Shown here: piece by piece, positions 62,430 through 64,000 of the stretch
How positions within the stretch are numbered: position 1 is the stretch's first letter
Layout: the number at the start of each line of letters is the position of its first letter
NCBI GenBank assembly: GCA_944363735.1
Contig: CALVVB010000001.1
Location: 91,605 to 155,604, forward strand
DNA: 64,000 nt
Reading direction: 5' to 3'
Origin: an uncultured Bacilli bacterium
Lineage (GTDB): Bacteria; Bacillota_I; Bacilli_A; RF39; UBA660
Notes under the pieces: model-generated
What the model was told of the DNA's origin: nothing
The model's database searches: none
What the model saw: the letters and a program-made list of their open reading frames with translations, nothing else
Translations under genes and position numbers: made by a program

Positions 62430-62470
62430 TGGAGATAGTTAGTATATAATACTTTCTATCCTTTTTATTT
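62430..62470 (+). terminator. candidate terminator after the ytxH-like gene
   Basis: Imperfect hairpin (gatag..agtat / atact..ctatc) followed by ctttttatttt. Confidence 0.35.
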
Positions 62471-62591
62471 TATCTTAAGTTGCTGCTTTTACCACCATTT
62501 TTAAGTATGTTATTAAAGAAGTAAAAAGTTAGTTTAAATGAAATTATATACTGTGATATAATAGTAATAAATAAAAGAAAGCGGTGATGCT

Positions 62592-63302
62592 ATGGATCAG
62601 GAGAAAATAGGTAAATTTATAAAAAAACTAAGAAAAGATAATAATTTAACGCAAGATGAACTCGCTAAAAAGTTAGGAGTTACTTATCAAGCAGTTAGTA
62701 AATGGGAGAATGGTAAAAGTATTCCTGATATTGCTATTATAAAAAATATTAGTAATTTGTTTAATATTAATATAGATGAACTGTTAGATGGTAGTGCTAA
62801 AAATAAAAAGAGATTAAATAAGAAATTATTTATAACAATAACAGTTTTAGGTATTTTCATTATTGGTATTTTGATATATTTTATAGTTCATAAAGAAACT
62901 TATGAGTTTAAAGTATTAGATACTAAAGCTTCTGATTTTGACATTAGCGGAGTGCTTACTTTTTCTTCTGACAAGTCATCAATATATATATCTAACATAG
63001 ATTATAATAATAGTAATGATACTACAGAATATAAAAGCTTAAGTTGCAATCTTTATGATGTTAATGGTAATTCTAAAACAAAAATTAGTAGCTGTGAAAG
63101 TGATAATAATAACATAGATACTCTGTCTTCTTTACTTACCAATATTGATTTTACAGTAGACGATTATGCTAGTAGTTGTAAGCTATTCAAAAATAATCAA
63201 CTAGTATTAGAGATTAATGCTACTAGTCTTGATGATAAGATTATTACTTATGAAATTCCTTTAAGTTTTAATGATAATTGTTCCAATTCAACTAATAGTT
63301 GA
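62592..63302 (+). CDS. membrane-anchored XRE-family (HTH_3) transcriptional regulator with an extracytoplasmic C-terminal domain
   Basis: N-terminal HTH (LRKDNNLTQDELAKKLGVTYQAVSKWENGKSIP), a single TM (LFITITVLGIFIIGILIYFIV), then a Cys-containing domain. Confidence 0.7.
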   Translation: MDQEKIGKFIKKLRKDNNLTQDELAKKLGVTYQAVSKWENGKSIPDIAIIKNISNLFNINIDELLDGSAKNKKRLNKKLFITITVLGIFIIGILIYFIVHKETYEFKVLDTKASDFDISGVLTFSSDKSSIYISNIDYNNSNDTTEYKSLSCNLYDVNGNSKTKISSCESDNNNIDTLSSLLTNIDFTVDDYASSCKLFKNNQLVLEINATSLDDKIITYEIPLSFNDNCSNSTNS

Positions 63303-63373
63303 GTTTTTTCAACTGTCTTTTTCTTTACTTAATAATTTTATTTAAAGTAAAATAAAACTGTGGAGGAGATATT

Positions 63374-64000
63374 ATGAAAAATAAAGTTATTACAATTATA
63401 GTTACTGTTTTAATACTTATTATGTTGTGCTTATTTGTTTTTAATAATTTAAGTACTAATAGTAAACAGGTAGAATTTGTTAGTAGTTTAATAGAAAATG
63501 AAAGCAAGTTAGAGGATAATTTACCTACTGAACTAAAAAATATTGAAGAAGCCGATGTGATTATTAATCCTTATGAGATTTCACCTTTAACTGCTTTAAT
63601 TATATTTAAGACTGATGAGGCAGTTAGTCCTAAAGTTACCATAGAAGGTGATGATGAACTTACAACTTATGAATATACTTTTGATGAAGGGAAAGAACAT
63701 TATTTACCTATATATGGTCTTTATCCTGATAGAGAGAATACAGTAGTTGTAGAGTATGGAGATCTAAGAAAAGAATTTACAATTAAGACAGAAGCATTAC
63801 CAGATGATTTTATTTTACCCACTTCTGTTGATGCTACTAAAGATAAATTAAGTAATGATTTGTATTTCTTTACGCCATCTAGTAATGGTTATACTTGTGC
63901 ATATGATGTAAATGGTAGTGTTAGATGGTACTTGACTACTAATGCTATTTGGAAAATTGATAGATTAGATAATGGTCATATGTTAATTAGTACAGAACGT
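63374..64000 (+). CDS. arylsulfotransferase (ASST)-like protein, N-terminal part (the ORF continues beyond the window)
   Basis: N-terminal signal anchor followed by beta-propeller-like repeats (YDVNGSVRWYLTT) reminiscent of the ASST family. A GGAGGAG ribosome-binding site is present. Confidence 0.4.
   Translation, partial: MKNKVITIIVTVLILIMLCLFVFNNLSTNSKQVEFVSSLIENESKLEDNLPTELKNIEEADVIINPYEISPLTALIIFKTDEAVSPKVTIEGDDELTTYEYTFDEGKEHYLPIYGLYPDRENTVVVEYGDLRKEFTIKTEALPDDFILPTSVDATKDKLSNDLYFFTPSSNGYTCAYDVNGSVRWYLTTNAIWKIDRLDNGHMLISTER

Noticed and set aside
1-64000. Search for CRISPR arrays, rRNA and tRNA genes, and insertion-sequence or transposase genes
   Set aside because: No regularly spaced short direct repeats, no tRNA-like T-arm motifs (GTTCGA/GTTCAA) in cloverleaf context, and no transposase-like ORFs were seen. 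The only clear repeat is the duplicated rplQ-end module.

Overview
This is a roughly 30% GC, standard-code window from a low-GC Gram-positive (Firmicutes-type) chromosome, with three broad parts.

1. A conserved translation/transcription backbone: rplJ (3' end), rplL, rpoB, rpoC, then a long S10-spc-alpha ribosomal-protein block from rpsJ to rplQ that includes secY, adk, map, infA, rpmJ and rpoA. rpmD (L30) is absent, rpsN is the zinc-binding type Z, leuS follows behind a T-box-like leader, and trmB is present.

2. A glycolytic gene series, gap, pgk, tpiA, gpmI, that is broken up by non-glycolytic genes. These are a PlsC-like acyltransferase, a hybrid sensor kinase, a GT4 glycolipid-synthase-like gene overlapping tpiA, and a clear spo0A. 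After spo0A comes a small island of an NDT-like protein, an AAA/DUF4143 ATPase and an HExxH protein. No eno follows gpmI.

3. A cell-wall island at about 49.5-59 kb. It holds four FemAB-family paralogues, a MurJ/SpoVB-type flippase, a nucleotidyltransferase and an LD-carboxypeptidase interrupted by an in-frame TGA.

spo0A, a possible 0A box and an unannotated Cse60-like small ORF point to an endospore-former. No rRNA, tRNA or CRISPR was seen.

The observations most worth a second look are:
- the four-Fem plus flippase cell-wall island;
- a tandemly duplicated module after rplQ, in which the rplQ 3' end and terminator hairpin are copied ahead of a paralogous two-TM gene, with compensatory stem changes;
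- a Fic/Doc-family protein with a non-canonical QPFADGNKR motif, paired with an RNase-AM-like PHP protein directly upstream of the S10 operon;
- two genes with in-frame stop codons (TAA at 2695, TGA at 55078);
- the NDT / AAA-ATPase / HExxH island inside the glycolytic series;
- the accessory insert between rplL and the ybxB-like methyltransferase.
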